DNA of 64,000 bases from Narcine bancroftii. Lineage: Eukaryota. This document shows, one piece after another, positions 10,026 through 23,179 of the stretch (position 1 is its first letter; each line of letters starts with the position of its first letter). A model generated the notes under the pieces. That model saw only the letters and a program-made list of their open reading frames with translations, was not told where the DNA came from and searched no databases. The position numbers and the translations under genes were made by a program. Where the stretch lies: assembly GCF_036971445.1 (NCBI RefSeq), contig NC_091473.1:205902001-205966000 (forward strand), written 5' to 3'.

Positions 10026-12850
10026 GGTCTTGTAAAGATTTTCGGCAGGGAGTTCTCTAGATTCTGGTATATTATGTGGACTGGCCAACGAGTGGAAAGG
10101 CCATACTGGATCTAATTCATGTTGCGGACCTCTAGCTGGATAAGCACTTTGGCGAAAGTGGCCGAAAGCCCCTGAGCTTTAGCATAGTTATGGACAAAAA
10201 TAACATCAGACAAAATGGAAAAGTGTTTAATTGGATAAATGTTAAATACTTCAGGTTGAGGCAAAAAATTTGCGGAAGTAAATTGGAAAGGAATGTTCAA
10301 AGGTGAAAGAACAGAATTACTTGTAATAGGTTCAGGATAGGCTTGTCCCAATGGGAGTAAATGGGAATAAAAAGGAATTGCGATTGATGAAATATGTGAG
10401 GTAGCTAGTCAAGAGGAGGAAGGAAGCAGACATTAGATACAGGAAGCAGGAAGGTCTCATCAAAAATAGATGTACCCAGGAAGGAACTTAAGAAAAGCGT
10501 TAGGAGAGTTCGAAAGGTGCATGAGAAGACTTTGGCATGTAGGAGTGAAGAGAATACAAGGCGTTGCATGTGTACAGGAAGCACAGAATGATGACGACAA
10601 TGAATGTGGGGGCCGCTAAAAGATAAAGATACAACATGTGCCTGGAGGTGGAGGAACTCGAGAACGTCCAATATCAGTGGTTTCCGACTTTTAAAATTTC
10701 CACTCAGTTAACACTTTAAGTAATCCCTATGACATAGGTGCTGTGTGATTAGTGAGGGAGGGTAAAATGTGGAATGTGGGTCGGAAGGAAAGGTTTGAAA
10801 ACCGCTCTTTTAATCGTACCTCATTGTCTCGTTATGTGCACGGTTTTATAACTCCAAAGGATAATGTTCCTCAAGCAAAATATTTCAGTTACAATTGGGT
10901 CTAGATCAATGATTCTCAGCCTTCCCTTCCCACTCACATACCAAGTTTCTTTAAGCAATCACAGAGCACTTATTTCAGAGGGATTACTTAAAGTAGTATG
11001 TAAGTGGAAGGAAAAGGATGGAGAACCACTGTACTAAATGAATAATTTGCTCCAGTATTCACAAGATAAAAGAACGCAGATCAGGGTCTGGTCGCAATTC
11101 ATCCGTTCTGTATTGTGGACAATGTTGAGATTAAGAAAGAGGAGGTGTTAGATCGTCTTAAAAACATTGCAATTGTTAAGTCCCTCGGACCACTTGCGAT
11201 ATACCTTATTTGCAATGGGAAGCAAGGAAAGAGATAGCTGAGGCAATGGTTTTGATCTTCGAGTCCTCTTTGGCTACAGGGTAGGTGCCGTTGGATTGGA
11301 GATTGGAAAATGGCGTCGCCTTGTTTAAGAAAAGGTAATAGGGAAAATTCAGGGAATTATAGATTAGTTATTCTTCCGTTAGTCGTTTGCAAATGGAGGA
11401 TTACTAAGGATAGGATCCCTAACAATTTCGATACGCACAGTCTACACAGGGATAGTCCACATAGCTTTGTGAAGAGAAGAGAAGGTCACGCCTCACTAGT
11501 CTAATTGAGTTTTTTGAGGATGTATCAATAGAAAATCAAAGGCACTGATCAGGGTAGGGCGGTAGGTGTGGTCTATATGGATCATAGTAAAGTATTTATG
11601 AAGGGCCCTCATAAGAAATTTGTTCAGAAAGCCATTGTTTGTGTGGATAAAACAATGGGCTTGCATGTATAAAGCAAAGAGTACTGGATGAAGGAATGTA
11701 TTCTGCTTGGAGACCAGTGACCAGTACAGTTCCACAAGGATCTGTTCTGGGACATTTGTTTTTTTTTGTGATCTTTATAAATGACTTAGATGAAGAAGCA
11801 GAAGGATGGCTCAGTAAGTTTGCGGATGATATGAAGGATGGAGTTGTGGATGGTGCTAAAGGTTGTCATAGGTCACAAAACTATATAAACAGGTTACACA
11901 GTTCGGCAGAAAAGTGGCAGGTGGAGTTCAATCGAAATATTTTCAAGGTAATTCATATTGGAAGGACAAACCAGAAGGATGAACATAGGGTTAATGGTCG
12001 GCTACTAATGAGTGTGTATGAACAGAGGGACCTTGTCGTCCAAATACATCCCCAGGGTCATTGCGCAGGTTTATAGGATAGTTAAGAATGCCAATGGGAT
12101 GTTGCTCTTCATTAATATGGGACCATGGTCAGGATTCCAGAAGTCACACTTGGAGTATTATGTCCAGTTCTGGTAACTTACTTGTGGGAAGGATGAGGAA
12201 TCTATGGAGGAGATGCAGAGGAGATTTATCAGATGTTGCCTGGATTGGCAAATAAGTGTTATGAGGCAAAATTAGCAGATCTGTTAGTCTTCGCCTTGGA
12301 GCATACAAGAATGAGAGGAGTCAATAGAGGTCTACAAGAATATGAGAACCATAGATAAGGTGGACAGCCAGAACCCTTTCCCCAGGACAGGAATATCAAG
12401 CACCAGAGGACATATTTTCATAGAGAACGGAGACAAGTTCAAGTGAATCATCTGACGTAGGACTTTTCAACACAGAGATTTGTGGGTCCGTGGAAATCCA
12501 TTCTCTGTATCGTGCTGAAGTCCGAAACATTAGGTGAATTTAGGAGACTCTTAAATAGGGACATGGCTGAAAGACAAATAGGTTATGAGGTGGTTGGGGG
12601 GGGGGGGTTTCATAGCTTTTTAAATAATGAATACAGACATCACGACAATATCGAGGTTCTAATTGCCTGTACTGTGCAGTACTATTCAATGTTCTATTGT
12701 CAACGTTCATGAATATTTCCCACTCCCACAGGCGCGTTAGTATTTATTTTTAAAGAATATATGGGGTGGCACAACATCGAGGGTCAGAGGGCCTGTATTA
12801 TACTGTCATGTTTTATGTTCTGTTCTATACTATTCTGCTGTCATGTTTTA
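10025..12850 (+). mobile_element. Degenerate CR1 LINE
   Basis: GNRENSGNYRLV and AWRPVTSTVPQGSVLG..FINDLDE..SKFADD motifs. Short-repeat 3' tails near 12670-12860. Confidence 0.88.
10675..11031. mobile_element. Non-autonomous hAT (Charlie/MER5-like) MITE nested in CR1
   Basis: Terminal inverted repeats cagtggtttcc...ggagaaccactg. Two ~130-bp internally palindromic subunits. It interrupts the CR1 E-V-L-N-E-Y-F region. Confidence 0.75.
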
Positions 12851-13574
12851 TGCTGTTTACGATACGAATAATTTGCGTACCCCTTCAACTCTCTCAGTGA
12901 CCCTTGCGATTAAGTCTGGATTATTTCTGTTTTTCACGAGACACATACTGGAGCGGTGGAGCAGCGGATCTTAAAAGAGACCACGGATAGTTCAATCGGG
13001 ATCTCGCCAAAGGGGGGACTTGCTCCGTTAAACGGGTGTTCATATACAGATAATTTTCATAGGAATGAGCATAAAAAGTTGTAAATGTTTTTACATTCAA
13101 GTCCTTCAATATTCCCCACAAGCTAAATACCCGGTCCTAATGAACACCCCCCGCTTCCATTCTGACCACCAAAGTGATCATGCAGAAAAAGAAAACATGA
13201 AGGTTTGTAGGTTATGTGAGTGTAGTAAATACACACTGCTTATTTTGATTATTCCTTGAATAAGGGCTCGCAAATATATGTTTATTTTTTTATGAACGAT
13301 GAAAAGGTCGGCTGAGTTCTTTGAGAATTTTGATGGATTTTTACCAGAAGGACCAACAATGTCCATCGGGCGTCTATACTTGGAAGATTATTGAATAACA
13401 TCGTTCTGCTGATCGAATTTCTTTCTCAATCAGGAGAAGAGATTCCACAATCCTCTCCTTTAAACGATAATCGATTCATAATGCATCGGATATTTTGGGG
13501 TACAACGTATCTTTTGCTTTTTTGTGAATTTCTGAAGGAAGTGTAATGCGGAAATTGAGAGAAAATGGCATACA

Positions 13575-13614
13575 TTACACACACAAGCCCACCCACACAC
13601 ACACGCGCGCATGT

Positions 13615-13668
<54 letters not shown>

Positions 13669-13721
13669 TCGTGCACAATGTCACAGCGAGAGAGTGCGAG
13701 GGAGAAAGAGAGATAGATAGG

Positions 13722-13775
<54 letters not shown>

Positions 13776-13802
13776 CAGAGACAGAGAGAGAGAGAGAGAG
13801 AG
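13575..13802. repeat. Compound microsatellite (CA)n-(GATA)n-(GA)n
   Basis: Direct repeats. Confidence 0.95.
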
Positions 13803-14054
13803 GTCGTACGTTACAGAAAAATGGGTGGTCAGGAGAGAGAATGATTAACACAGAACACAAAAAGGAGATACGTCTATCTAGAAATTGCATACGTTGTTAG
13901 GGACCGGTAGATAATGGAGTACTGAACCGCCCTATATTCTCCCCTGAAGCAAAAAACCTGCACCAGACCAATATTGCATTATGCAAACCATAGCTTTGCA
14001 TTAAAAAATGTGAAACATTTTCGATCATACCTCTTTGTTTTGTTAGTACTGAAC

Positions 14055-14170
14055 AAGCACCCTGTCTAGTTCACGTTGATTATAATACCCATGTTTCCCC
14101 GTGAGTCTCTAATTAAATGGATTCTTTGCGTCCCGTAGCTACGGTTCACTTTTTAGCTGATCATAATTTC
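14055..14170 (+). pseudogene. Family-A V pseudogene: leader exon and 5' intron (V exon at ~19909-20150 beyond the L1)
   Basis: Leader homolog aagcaccctgtctagttcacgttgattataatacccatgtttcccc|gtgagt, with ATG->AAG and TGG->TAG. Confidence 0.78.
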
Positions 14171-14345
14171 TTTTTTTTATTTTTTTATTTTTTATTTTTC
14201 ACACTATAAATCACATTATTCAAGATATACACATTTCTCCTTTCAAATATATACAGTGTCATTTTCTCCCCCCCCCATCCTCCCCTCCCCCCCCACCTCG
14301 CCCTCCATCCATTCAAAACTCTGAGTCCAAGATACATCAAACCCA

Positions 14346-17300
14346 TCAAACAATGTTGTCAGTCAACATTAACGAACAAAAACTTCCACTGAGTGAATTC
14401 TTTCCATTCTCTTTTCCTTTTGTCATTTTAGGTGATAGATGTCCCGGTAGGTTTTCTCTATTATATTCCATGTACCGCTCCCATATTTGTTCAAATAATG
14501 TTATATTATTTTTTAAACTATATGTTATCTTTTCTAATGGAAAACATTTATTCATTTCTATATACCATTGCTGTATTTTCAAATTATCTTCTAATTTCCA
14601 GTTTGACATAATACATTTTTTTGCTACAGCTAGGGCTATCTTAACAAATCTTTTTTGTACACCCTCCAAATCAAGTCCAAATTCTTTATTTTTTATGTTA
14701 CTTAGGAGGAAGATCTCTGGTTTTTTTGGTATATTCCTTTCTGTAATTTTATTTAATATCTGGTTTAGATCTTCCCAAAATGTTTTCACCTTTTCACAAG
14801 TCCAGATTGCATGACTTGTTGTTCCTATTTCTTTTTTACAACGAAAACATCTGTCAGATACTGTTGGATCCCATTTATTTAACTTTTGAGGAGTGATATA
14901 TAACCTATGTATCCAATTATATTGTATCTTACGTAATCTCGTATTTATTGTATTTCTCGTAGTTCCTAAACATAACCTCTCCCATGTTTCCTTTTTTATC
15001 TTTATGTTTAGATCTTGTTCCCACTTTTGTTTAATTTTATCATTTATTTTTTCATTCTCCTTTTCTTGTAATTTGATATACATGTTTGTTTTAATTTTTT
15101 TAATTATCATTGTGTCTGTAATCAGATATTCAAAATTGCTTCCTTCTGGTAACTTCAGACTACTTCCCAATTTATCCTTGAAACAGGATTTCAATTGGTA
15201 ATATGCCAGCACTGTATCTTGAGTTATATTATATTTATCCTTCATTTGTTCAAAGGATAATAATTTATTCCCCGAAAAACAATTTTCTATTCTTTTAATC
15301 CCTTTTTTCTCCCATTCTCTAAAAGACAGGTTATCTACCGGAAAAGGGATTAGCTGATTTTGCGTCAGTATTAGTTTTTATAATTGGTAGTTTGTTTTAT
15401 TTCTTTCTACATGAATCTTCTTCCAAATATTAAGCAAATGGTGCAATACTGGAGAATTCCTATGCTTTACCAATTTTTCATCCCATTTATATAATATATG
15501 TTCAGGTATCTTCTCCCCTATTTTGTCTAGCTCTAATCTAGTCCAATCTGTCTTTTCTTTTGTTTGGTAAAAATCTGATAGATATCTTAATTGTGCGGCT
15601 CTATCATAATTTTTAAAATTTGGCAGTTGTAAGCCTCCTTGTCTATACCATTCTGTTAATTTATCTACTGCTATCCTCGGTTTCCCCCCTTTCAATAAAA
15701 ATTTAGTGGATAATAATTAAGTTTATATAGATGGCTGAGGTTTTTATTTATTTGTATACCTAGGTATCGTATTGTTTGCATTTGCCATCTAAACGGTGAT
15801 TCTTTCTTGAATTTTGAGAAATCCGCATTATTCATTGGCATTGCTTCACTTTTATTTGCATTAATCTTGTATCCCGACACTTCTCCATACTCCTTCAATT
15901 TTTATGTAATTCTTTTATTGATGTTTCTGGTTCCCTTAGGTATACTATAACATCATCTGCAAATAAACTGATTTTGTATTCCTTGCCTTTTATTTTTATC
16001 CCTTTTATTTTATTTTCTGTTCTTATCAGTTCTGCAAGTGGTTCTATGGATAACACGAACAATAAGGGCGATACTGGGCATCCCTGTCTTGTTGATCTGC
16101 TTAAGTTAAAATGTTTTGATACATATCCATTTACTGTCACTCTTGCCAATGGCCCCTTATATAATGCTTTAATCCAATTAATAAATTTCTATGGTAAACT
16201 AAATTTTTGTTGTACCTTGAATAAATAATTCCATTCTACTCTGTCGAAGGCCTTCTCTGGGTCTAAAGCAAACGCTACTGCTGGAGTTTTATTTCCTTCT
16301 ACTGCATGAATTAAGTTAATAAACTTACAAATATTATCTGTTGTTCGTCTTTTTTTATGAATCCAGTTTGGTCTAGACTTACTATTTTTGGTACCTAATC
16401 AGCTAATCTGTTTGCTAATAATTTAGCTATTATCTTGTAATCTGTGTTAAGTAGAGATATTGGTCGATATGATGCTGGTGCAAGTGGATCTTTCCATGCC
16501 TTTGGTATTACTGTAATTATTGCTGTTTTGAACGAATCTGGTAAGCTTTGTGTTTTATCAATCTGGTTGATTACTTCCAGGAGGGGAGGAATTAATAAAT
16601 CTTTATATGTTTTATAGAATTCTATTGGGAGACCATCCTCTCCTGGTGTTTTATTATTCGGCAGATTTTTTATTGTCTCTTCTATTTCTACTATTTCAAA
16701 TGGTTCTATTAATTTATTTTGTTCCTCTGTTTGTAATTTCGGTAGTTCAATTTTAGTTAAGAATTCATCTATTTTGCCTTCTTTCCCTTCGTTTTCAGTT
16801 TGGTATAATTGTTCGTAGAATTCTCTGAAATTTTCATTAATTTCCGTTGGATTATATGTGATCTGTTTGTCTTTTTTCCTTGATGCCAATACCATTCTTT
16901 TAGTTTGTTCTGTCTTAAGCTGCCACGCTAGAATTTTGTGCGTTTTTTCTCCTAGTTCGTAATATTTCTGCTTTGTCTTCATTATATTTTTCCCCACCTT
17001 ATATGTTTGAAATGTTTCATATTTTATTTTTTTTATCTACCAATTCCCTTCTTTTACTAGTGTCTTCCTTCCTTGCTAATTCTTTCTCTATACCTGCTAT
17101 TTCCTTTTCCAATTGTTCTGTTTCCTGATTGTAATCCTCCTTCATCTTAGTTACGTAACTTATTATTTGCCCTCTGATGAACGCTTTCATTGCGTCCCAT
17201 AATATAAACTTATCCTTCACTGATTCCGTACTTATTTCAAAATAAATTTTAATTTGTCTTTCTATGAATTCTCTAAAATCCTGTCTTTTAAGTAGCACGG

Positions 17301-18050
17301 GGTTTAATCTCCATCTACACATTTTTGGAGGGATATCCTCTAACTGTATTGTCAATATCAAGGCTGAATGGTCCGATAGTATTCTAGCTTTATATTCCGT
17401 TTTCCTAACTCTATCTTGTATACAAGCTGATAACAGGAATAAATCTATTCTTGAATATGTTTTATGTCTATCCGAATAATATGAATATTCCTTTTCCTTT
17501 GGGTGTTGTTTCCTCCATATATCCAAAAGTTGCATTTCTTGCATCGATTTAATTATAAATTTGGTTACTTTATACTTTCTGTTAATTTTTTCCCGGTTTT
17601 ATTTATGTTTGAATCCAAATTGAGATTGAAATCCCCTCCTATTAATATATTCCCTTGCGTATCTGCTATCTTCAGAAAAATATCCTGCATAAATTTTTGA
17701 TCTTCTTTATTAGGCGAATATATATTAAGTAAATTCCATAACTCTGAATATATCTGACATTTTATCATTACATATCTTCCTGCTGGATCTATTATTTCCT
17801 CTTCTATTTTAATTGGTACATTTTTACTGATTAATATAGCCACTCCTCTAGCTTTTGAGTTACATGACGCTGCCGTTACATGTCCTATCCAACCTCTCTT
17901 TAATTTCTTGTGCTCCACTTCAGTTAAGTGTGTTTCTTGCACAAATGCAATATCAAGTTTATCTTTTTTCAGTAAATTTAGCAGTTTCTTCCTTTTTATT
18001 TGGTTATGTATTCCATTAATTTTTAAAGTCAAATAGATTAATGTAGCCAT
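14346..18050 (-). pseudogene. L1 ORF2 (APE endonuclease, RT, Cys-rich domain) broken by frameshifts and a probable deletion near 15700
   Basis: DIAFVQETHL, GGDFN, YSRID, SYRPISLLNTDYKI, TRQGCPVSPLLF, SLFADD and CFRC..HAIWTC spread over several ORF fragments. Confidence 0.92.
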
Positions 18051-18546
18051 TTTATACTTTGTTTATCTTTCCCTTCCGTTTCCTCATCATCACCTTTCCT
18101 TCTCATCCATTTCTGCTTTCTTTCTTTGAACAATTTATAAGACAACATTTTTAACACATCAAACATTCCCCTTAATCTCCCACCTAATATTTCTTTAACC
18201 CCCATTTCCCCTCCCCTTCCTGAGTTGCCCATTATCCCTTGTCGGGCAACCACATCTCCCCTCTACATTTGGATTTGCGAATTCACTCGCAAGCGTCAAC
18301 TGATTTTGCAGTGACCCTAATTTCTCCCTACCCAGCCCCCCCAGAAAAGATTTCAATTTTTATAGACAAAGGTGACTCTCTAAGTTCCCTCTTTACCCCT
18401 CTCTTCCCCTTTTTTCCCCTCATTAATTCTTCTATATGCGCTATATATTTTCTTTTAAATGCACATACACTTATGTAATATATGTATTATATATGTATAT
18501 AGTCCTATACACACGTCTTTTTAGTTCGCAGTCTTTTGTACTCTCG

Positions 18547-19602
18547 TTACATGTCTTCATCCCACAGTCTATTTTGCAATTGTTCTGCAAATTTTCGTGC
18601 TTCCTCTGGATCCGAGAATAGTCTGTTTTGCTGTCCTGGAATAAATATTTTCAATACCGCTGGATGCTTTAGTATAAATTTATACCCTTTCTTCCATAAA
18701 ATCGCCTTTGCTGTATTGAACTCCTTTCTCTTCTTCAGGAGTTCAAAACTTATATCTGGATAAATAAAATTTTTTTGCCCTTTGTACTCCAGTGGCTTGT
18801 TGTCCTCTTTTACTTTCTCCATTGTTTTCTCCAGTACCTTTCCTCTTGTAGTATATCTTAGGAATTTTACTAAAATGGATCTTGGCTTTTGTTGTGGTTG
18901 TGGTGTAAAGGCTAATGCTCTATGTGCCCTTTCTATTTCCATTTCTTGCTGTAGTTCTGGACATCCTAAGATCCTGGGGATCCAATCTTTTATAAACTCT
19001 CTCATATTCTTGCCTTCTTCATCTTCCTTAAGGCCCACTATCTTTATATTATTTCTTCTGTTATAATTTTCCATTATATCTATTTTCTGAGCTAACAGGT
19101 CTTGAGTCTCTTTAACTTTTTTATTAGATTCTTCTAATTTCTTTTTTAAGTCCTCTACCTCCATTTCTACTGCTGCTTCTCGTTCTTCCACCTTGTCCAT
19201 TCTTTTTCCTATTTCTGATATGGTCATATCTATTTTATTCACTTTATCTTCTGTACTGTTTATTCTTCTTCTTAAATCACTAAATTCTTGAGCTTGCCAT
19301 TCTTTAAATGAATCCATGTATTCTTTAATAAGAGAAAATATATCCATTGTCTTGCCTTTCCCTTCTTCTTCCATTTCACTGTACTGTTCCTCTTCCTCTT
19401 CTTCTTCCTCTGAGTTGGCCATCTGTTGTTTTTTTGTTTTCTTTTTCTTCTCTTCTTTCTTGTTTTCGTTGTCTTCTATGTTCTCCTCTTGCTGCTGCTG
19501 TACTGTAGCTGTCATTGCCGGCTGTGGAGATCGACTCCCCAGCTGGTCGCATGCGCGTTTGCGCAATTTTACTCGGCTCAGCGAGCCATTTTTGTAGTCC
19601 AC
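18547..19602 (-). CDS. L1 ORF1p (coiled-coil, RRM, CTD); true start uncertain
   Basis: 351-aa ORF with MENYNRRNNIKIVGLKE, IERAHR, PRSILVKFLRY and IYPDIS motifs. Confidence 0.88.
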   Translation of the reverse strand: MDYKNGSLSRVKLRKRACDQLGSRSPQPAMTATVQQQQEENIEDNENKKEEKKKKTKKQQMANSEEEEEEEEQYSEMEEEGKGKTMDIFSLIKEYMDSFKEWQAQEFSDLRRRINSTEDKVNKIDMTISEIGKRMDKVEEREAAVEMEVEDLKKKLEESNKKVKETQDLLAQKIDIMENYNRRNNIKIVGLKEDEEGKNMREFIKDWIPRILGCPELQQEMEIERAHRALAFTPQPQQKPRSILVKFLRYTTRGKVLEKTMEKVKEDNKPLEYKGQKNFIYPDISFELLKKRKEFNTAKAILWKKGYKFILKHPAVLKIFIPGQQNRLFSDPEEARKFAEQLQNRLWDEDM

Positions 19603-19908
19603 TTTCTACCGACCAGAGGGAGCGGGCTTCTCTCTCCACCGTGGGCCTCTTCGAACAGGTAAGGCCTTCTCCTTCTTCTTCCATTGTCTTCTCTTCCTCT
19701 CTTCTTACCGTTGGTTTCGACTTTTCTTTTTTCGTCGCCATCTTCTTTCCACCTTTATATTCACTTTACTTTAATTTTTATTTTTGTGCCCTTGTGCTTT
19801 CCTTTATTTTTTTCAACTTTTCTGGAGAGGGCTGGAGTTCACCGTCCGGCCACTACTCCGTCACGTGACTTCCTTCGCTGATCACAATTTCCATGTTATT
19901 TTGCCAAG

Positions 19909-20150
19909 GGGTTTTGGCGATGATTCTCTCTCCCAATATCCATCTGAGGTCTCGGTGGAAAAAGGATGAACTACAACGCTGAACTACAGTTATCCGGAAG
20001 CATTCGATGGCTATACTGCCTTCTTGTGTATCGAGTATCCTGAACAGGCGCCGAGATTTGTCCTGAAAGTATTCAGCACTAATTTTAAGGACAGGTCTTC
20101 GAATTTCCGAGACCGGTTTTCTGCTGTTTATCAAAAAGAAAGTCACAAGA
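19909..20150 (+). pseudogene. Family-A V exon pseudogene, truncated 3' by a CR1 remnant
   Basis: GFGDDSLSQYPSEVSVEKG*TTTLNYSYPEAFDGYTAFLCIEYPEQAPRFVLKVFST..FRDRFSAVYQKES. Has a stop; Cys23 and Trp41 are lost. Confidence 0.85.
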
Positions 20151-20720
20151 TAACAACTAAATTTGCTGGGGTCCAATTAATCAAGTCATAGCCTTCTCAA
20201 CCTCTCTATCCAGATGAGGTCTCCGATTCCTGGCAACATCATGATAAATATTATCTTGAACCATCTCAGATCGACATCCTCTTTTCTATTGCACGTTGAT
20301 AAAATCAAAGAAACAAATAATCCAAATCTTGCCGCATCAACGTTTCATACAACTGCAAGATTAGTTTCAAACTTTTGCACACAAATCTGTAACTGCCTAT
20401 CTGCAGAGAGCAGAGGAACCAGCATATCTAACACTTTACATATTCTCTATTCCTATTCCTCTCAGGTATTAAATAGGTTCCTGCCATTCAAGATGTAGGT
20501 CTTAACCATATTATAACGCCCCAACACAACACTTTACATTTCTGAATAAAATTTGAACAACCATTCCACCACCAAACTGTTCAAGATTTTGCTGGAACCT
20601 TTTGGCAAACATCTTGACAATCTAAAATACCAGACTCTTTAGAATCGTCGAGATATTTCAAACTACTCACATCTACATTTTCATTTAAAGTATTCGTACG
20701 GATGCCAAACAGCAATGGTC
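20150..20720 (-). mobile_element. Old CR1 remnant (cassette component)
   Basis: Homologous to 5390-5950 and 22450-23030. Confidence 0.6.
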
Positions 20721-20894
20721 TCAGCACCGAAGCCATTGTTCGAATGACCTCACCAGCGAGCGATCAGCAAAACAAATACTTGAGGAATACCACTTCGCAG
20801 GAAGGGAATATTGCCTATTTTCTTCATTTCCGCGGAGGTTTGCTTGCACACAGAACGAATATTCGAGTCGACTCTGTTTGGTCACGAGGTAAAC

Positions 20895-21362
20895 ACCGTT
20901 TACCTATTGTCCTATTAATAATTTCAAGGCTCCTCCGTGAGTTTCTCCTTGAATAGTTCTTTGGGTACTGTGGCTTGTTTTCACTCCCATTTATTGAAGA
21001 TTCCACGATATGTTTCAGAAGCGTGGGAGATATTTCAACATCCTAGAATCGTCTGATATGACGCTATAAAAATAATGAGCTGTACCACTGAATGACACTT
21101 ACTCGATATCATTCAGTGTCGATGCGGTCATTTGATACCGATGTTGTTCCAAAGAATATTCGAAATATCTTCTGAGGATATTCATCTCTGGATCGGCAAA
21201 GCGATCTCTAGATTCCCCAGACAAGTTTTCTGTTCTTTATCATAAGAAAAATCGGCTTGGTTCTTTATCTATCCCTTTGATTCTCTTCCATGACGCCGGG
21301 GTAATTCTGTCTGCCACGGGAAACACACTGTGGTGGAGAATCATCGAATCAGTATAAAGACA
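20895..21362 (+). pseudogene. TCR V pseudogene (family B) with a retained 23-RSS
   Basis: Leader remnant with gtgagt donor (~20936) and acceptor tttcag (21018). SKYLLRIFISGSAKRSLDSPDKFSVLYHK. RSS cacactg (21324-21330) + 23 + ataaagaca (21354-21362). Several stops. Confidence 0.75.
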
Positions 21363-22227
21363 AATTCTTGGTAGTTCTAGCGTGTCTAAGCAAAGGGGGA
21401 TCGAATTGGAACGATCTGCTCTTCCAATTGGTCTTGCGACCAGTACACGAGTCTCCTCGATTCTTCCTATCTTGTCGCCATTGTCATAATGGAATCACAA
21501 CGAAACAAATATTTTGGTGTGCAACAAACTTTGTAGTTGTTGTGAATTGCTGACGAAGTCTGATGCCGGGATTGCGATATAATGACATACATCTTTCTCT
21601 TTTTCTCTAATTATTTCTGTCTTTCCCTNNNNNNNNNNNNNNNNNNNNNNNNNNNNNNNNNNNNNNNNNNNNNNNNNNNNNNNNNNNNNNNNNNNNNNNN
21701 NNNNNNNNNNNNNNNNNNNNNNNNNNNNNNNNNNNNNNNNNNNNNNNNNNNNNNNNNNNNNNNNNNNNNNNNNNNNNTCGTGTACTCAGTAACTGCGAGA
21801 GAGAGAGAGAGTGAGAGAAATAAAGAAAGAGAGANNNNNNNNNNNNNNNNNNNNNNNNNNNNNNNNNNNNNNNNNNNNNNNNNNNNNNNNNNNNNNNNNN
21901 NNNNNNNNNNNNNNNNNNNNNNNNNNNNNNNNNNNNNNNNNNNNNNNNNNNNNNNNNNNNNNNNNNNNNNNNNNNNNNNNNNNNNNNNNNNNNNNNNNNN
22001 NNNNAAAATGTGTCATCAGGCACACGCAAATGAGAAAAGTATGCCCAGAAAAGTCCTTAGTTGCAAGTGGCCTTCAAATCATGAACCGATGAACCGCCCC
22101 ATATTCTCATGTCAAGCAAAGAAGCTGCACTTAATTGGCGTGCTGTCACAAATATCAAATCAATGCTATAAACAGGCTTTTCTGTCTTCCCTATTTGTCT
22201 TCCCTTTTTGTTTGGGAGGCACCCACC

Positions 22228-22450
22228 ATGTTTCCTGCATGGTTCACGTTGATTAAAATATCTGTGTTTCCTGGTGAGTCACTGCTTAAAGAGATGCTTG
22301 GTGTCTCATAGCTACGGTTCACGGTCTAGCTGACCACCGTTTAGGTTCTCTTTTGCAGTGTTCTTTGGCTACGATTCTATCTTCCATTATGCATTTGAAG
22401 TGTCATTGGAATAACTATAAGCCTGAACTACAGTTACCAAGCAGAAAAGG
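22228..22450 (+). pseudogene. Family-A V pseudogene: intact leader, V exon truncated
   Basis: MFPAWFTLIKISVFP-G|gtgagt (22228-22273), 85-nt intron, then FFGYDSIFHYAFEVSLE* followed by a CR1 remnant. Confidence 0.8.
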
Positions 22451-23030
22451 ACGCTCACCCAACGCTCTCATAATTGTATGTACAACTACAGGATCACTTT
22501 TAACAGGCCTGCCGAGCAATGAATAATGCCATAACCTCCTCAAACTCTCCATCCGGGTCAGGCCACCGAGTCCTGCCAACATTCTGATAAATGTTCTCGT
22601 CAACCTATCCAGATTATTAAATTATTTCCTATTACATGATGACAATGACATCGCAGATTAATCCAAACGAGGGCGCACAAACGAATCGTTCAGCTGCAAG
22701 AACATTTTCAAACGTCTGTACTCAACACTGTGATGCTGGTGAAGGTGCGGAGTACCTTTATCCCCTGGTCTACAATGAATCACAGTCTTTTAAACCATTG
22801 GCTGTGTAGATCCTGCCAAAGTCAGACCTCTCAAATACAACGTTTCTGAATTAAATTCAACACATCATTCAACTGTCCACAAGGCCAACCGATCATGATT
22901 AGGCTACAATCTTTAGCAAACGCCTTTAAATTCTAAAATACCAGACACTTCACTGCCATCCGAAAATGTGTTAGTCATTCCACGTAAATCTTCTTTGATG
23001 TGATTCGTTATAGATGACAGACACCAAATG
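22450..23030 (-). mobile_element. Old CR1 remnant
   Basis: Minus-strand RTFIRMLAGLGGLTRMESLRRLWHYSL. Confidence 0.7.
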
Positions 23031-23179
23031 TTCGGGGCTTGAGGTTGGTGTACATAGTGAAATCTCTGCCCTCCAAACGATAATGGAAGTATTGAACAGA
23101 CAAATAAATGGCCAAAAGCTCCTTATCAGAACCACTGTATATCTTTTCTTCTTCACGAAGATGGCGGCTGAAAAATGGT

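Larger units (their letters stand above)
14171..19876 (-). mobile_element. Near full-length L1 LINE with a 15-bp TSD, inserted antisense in a V leader intron
   Basis: TSD gctgatcataatttc (14156-14170) / gctgatcacaatttc (19877-19891). T-rich tail at 14171. ORF1 and ORF2 are present. Confidence 0.95.
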
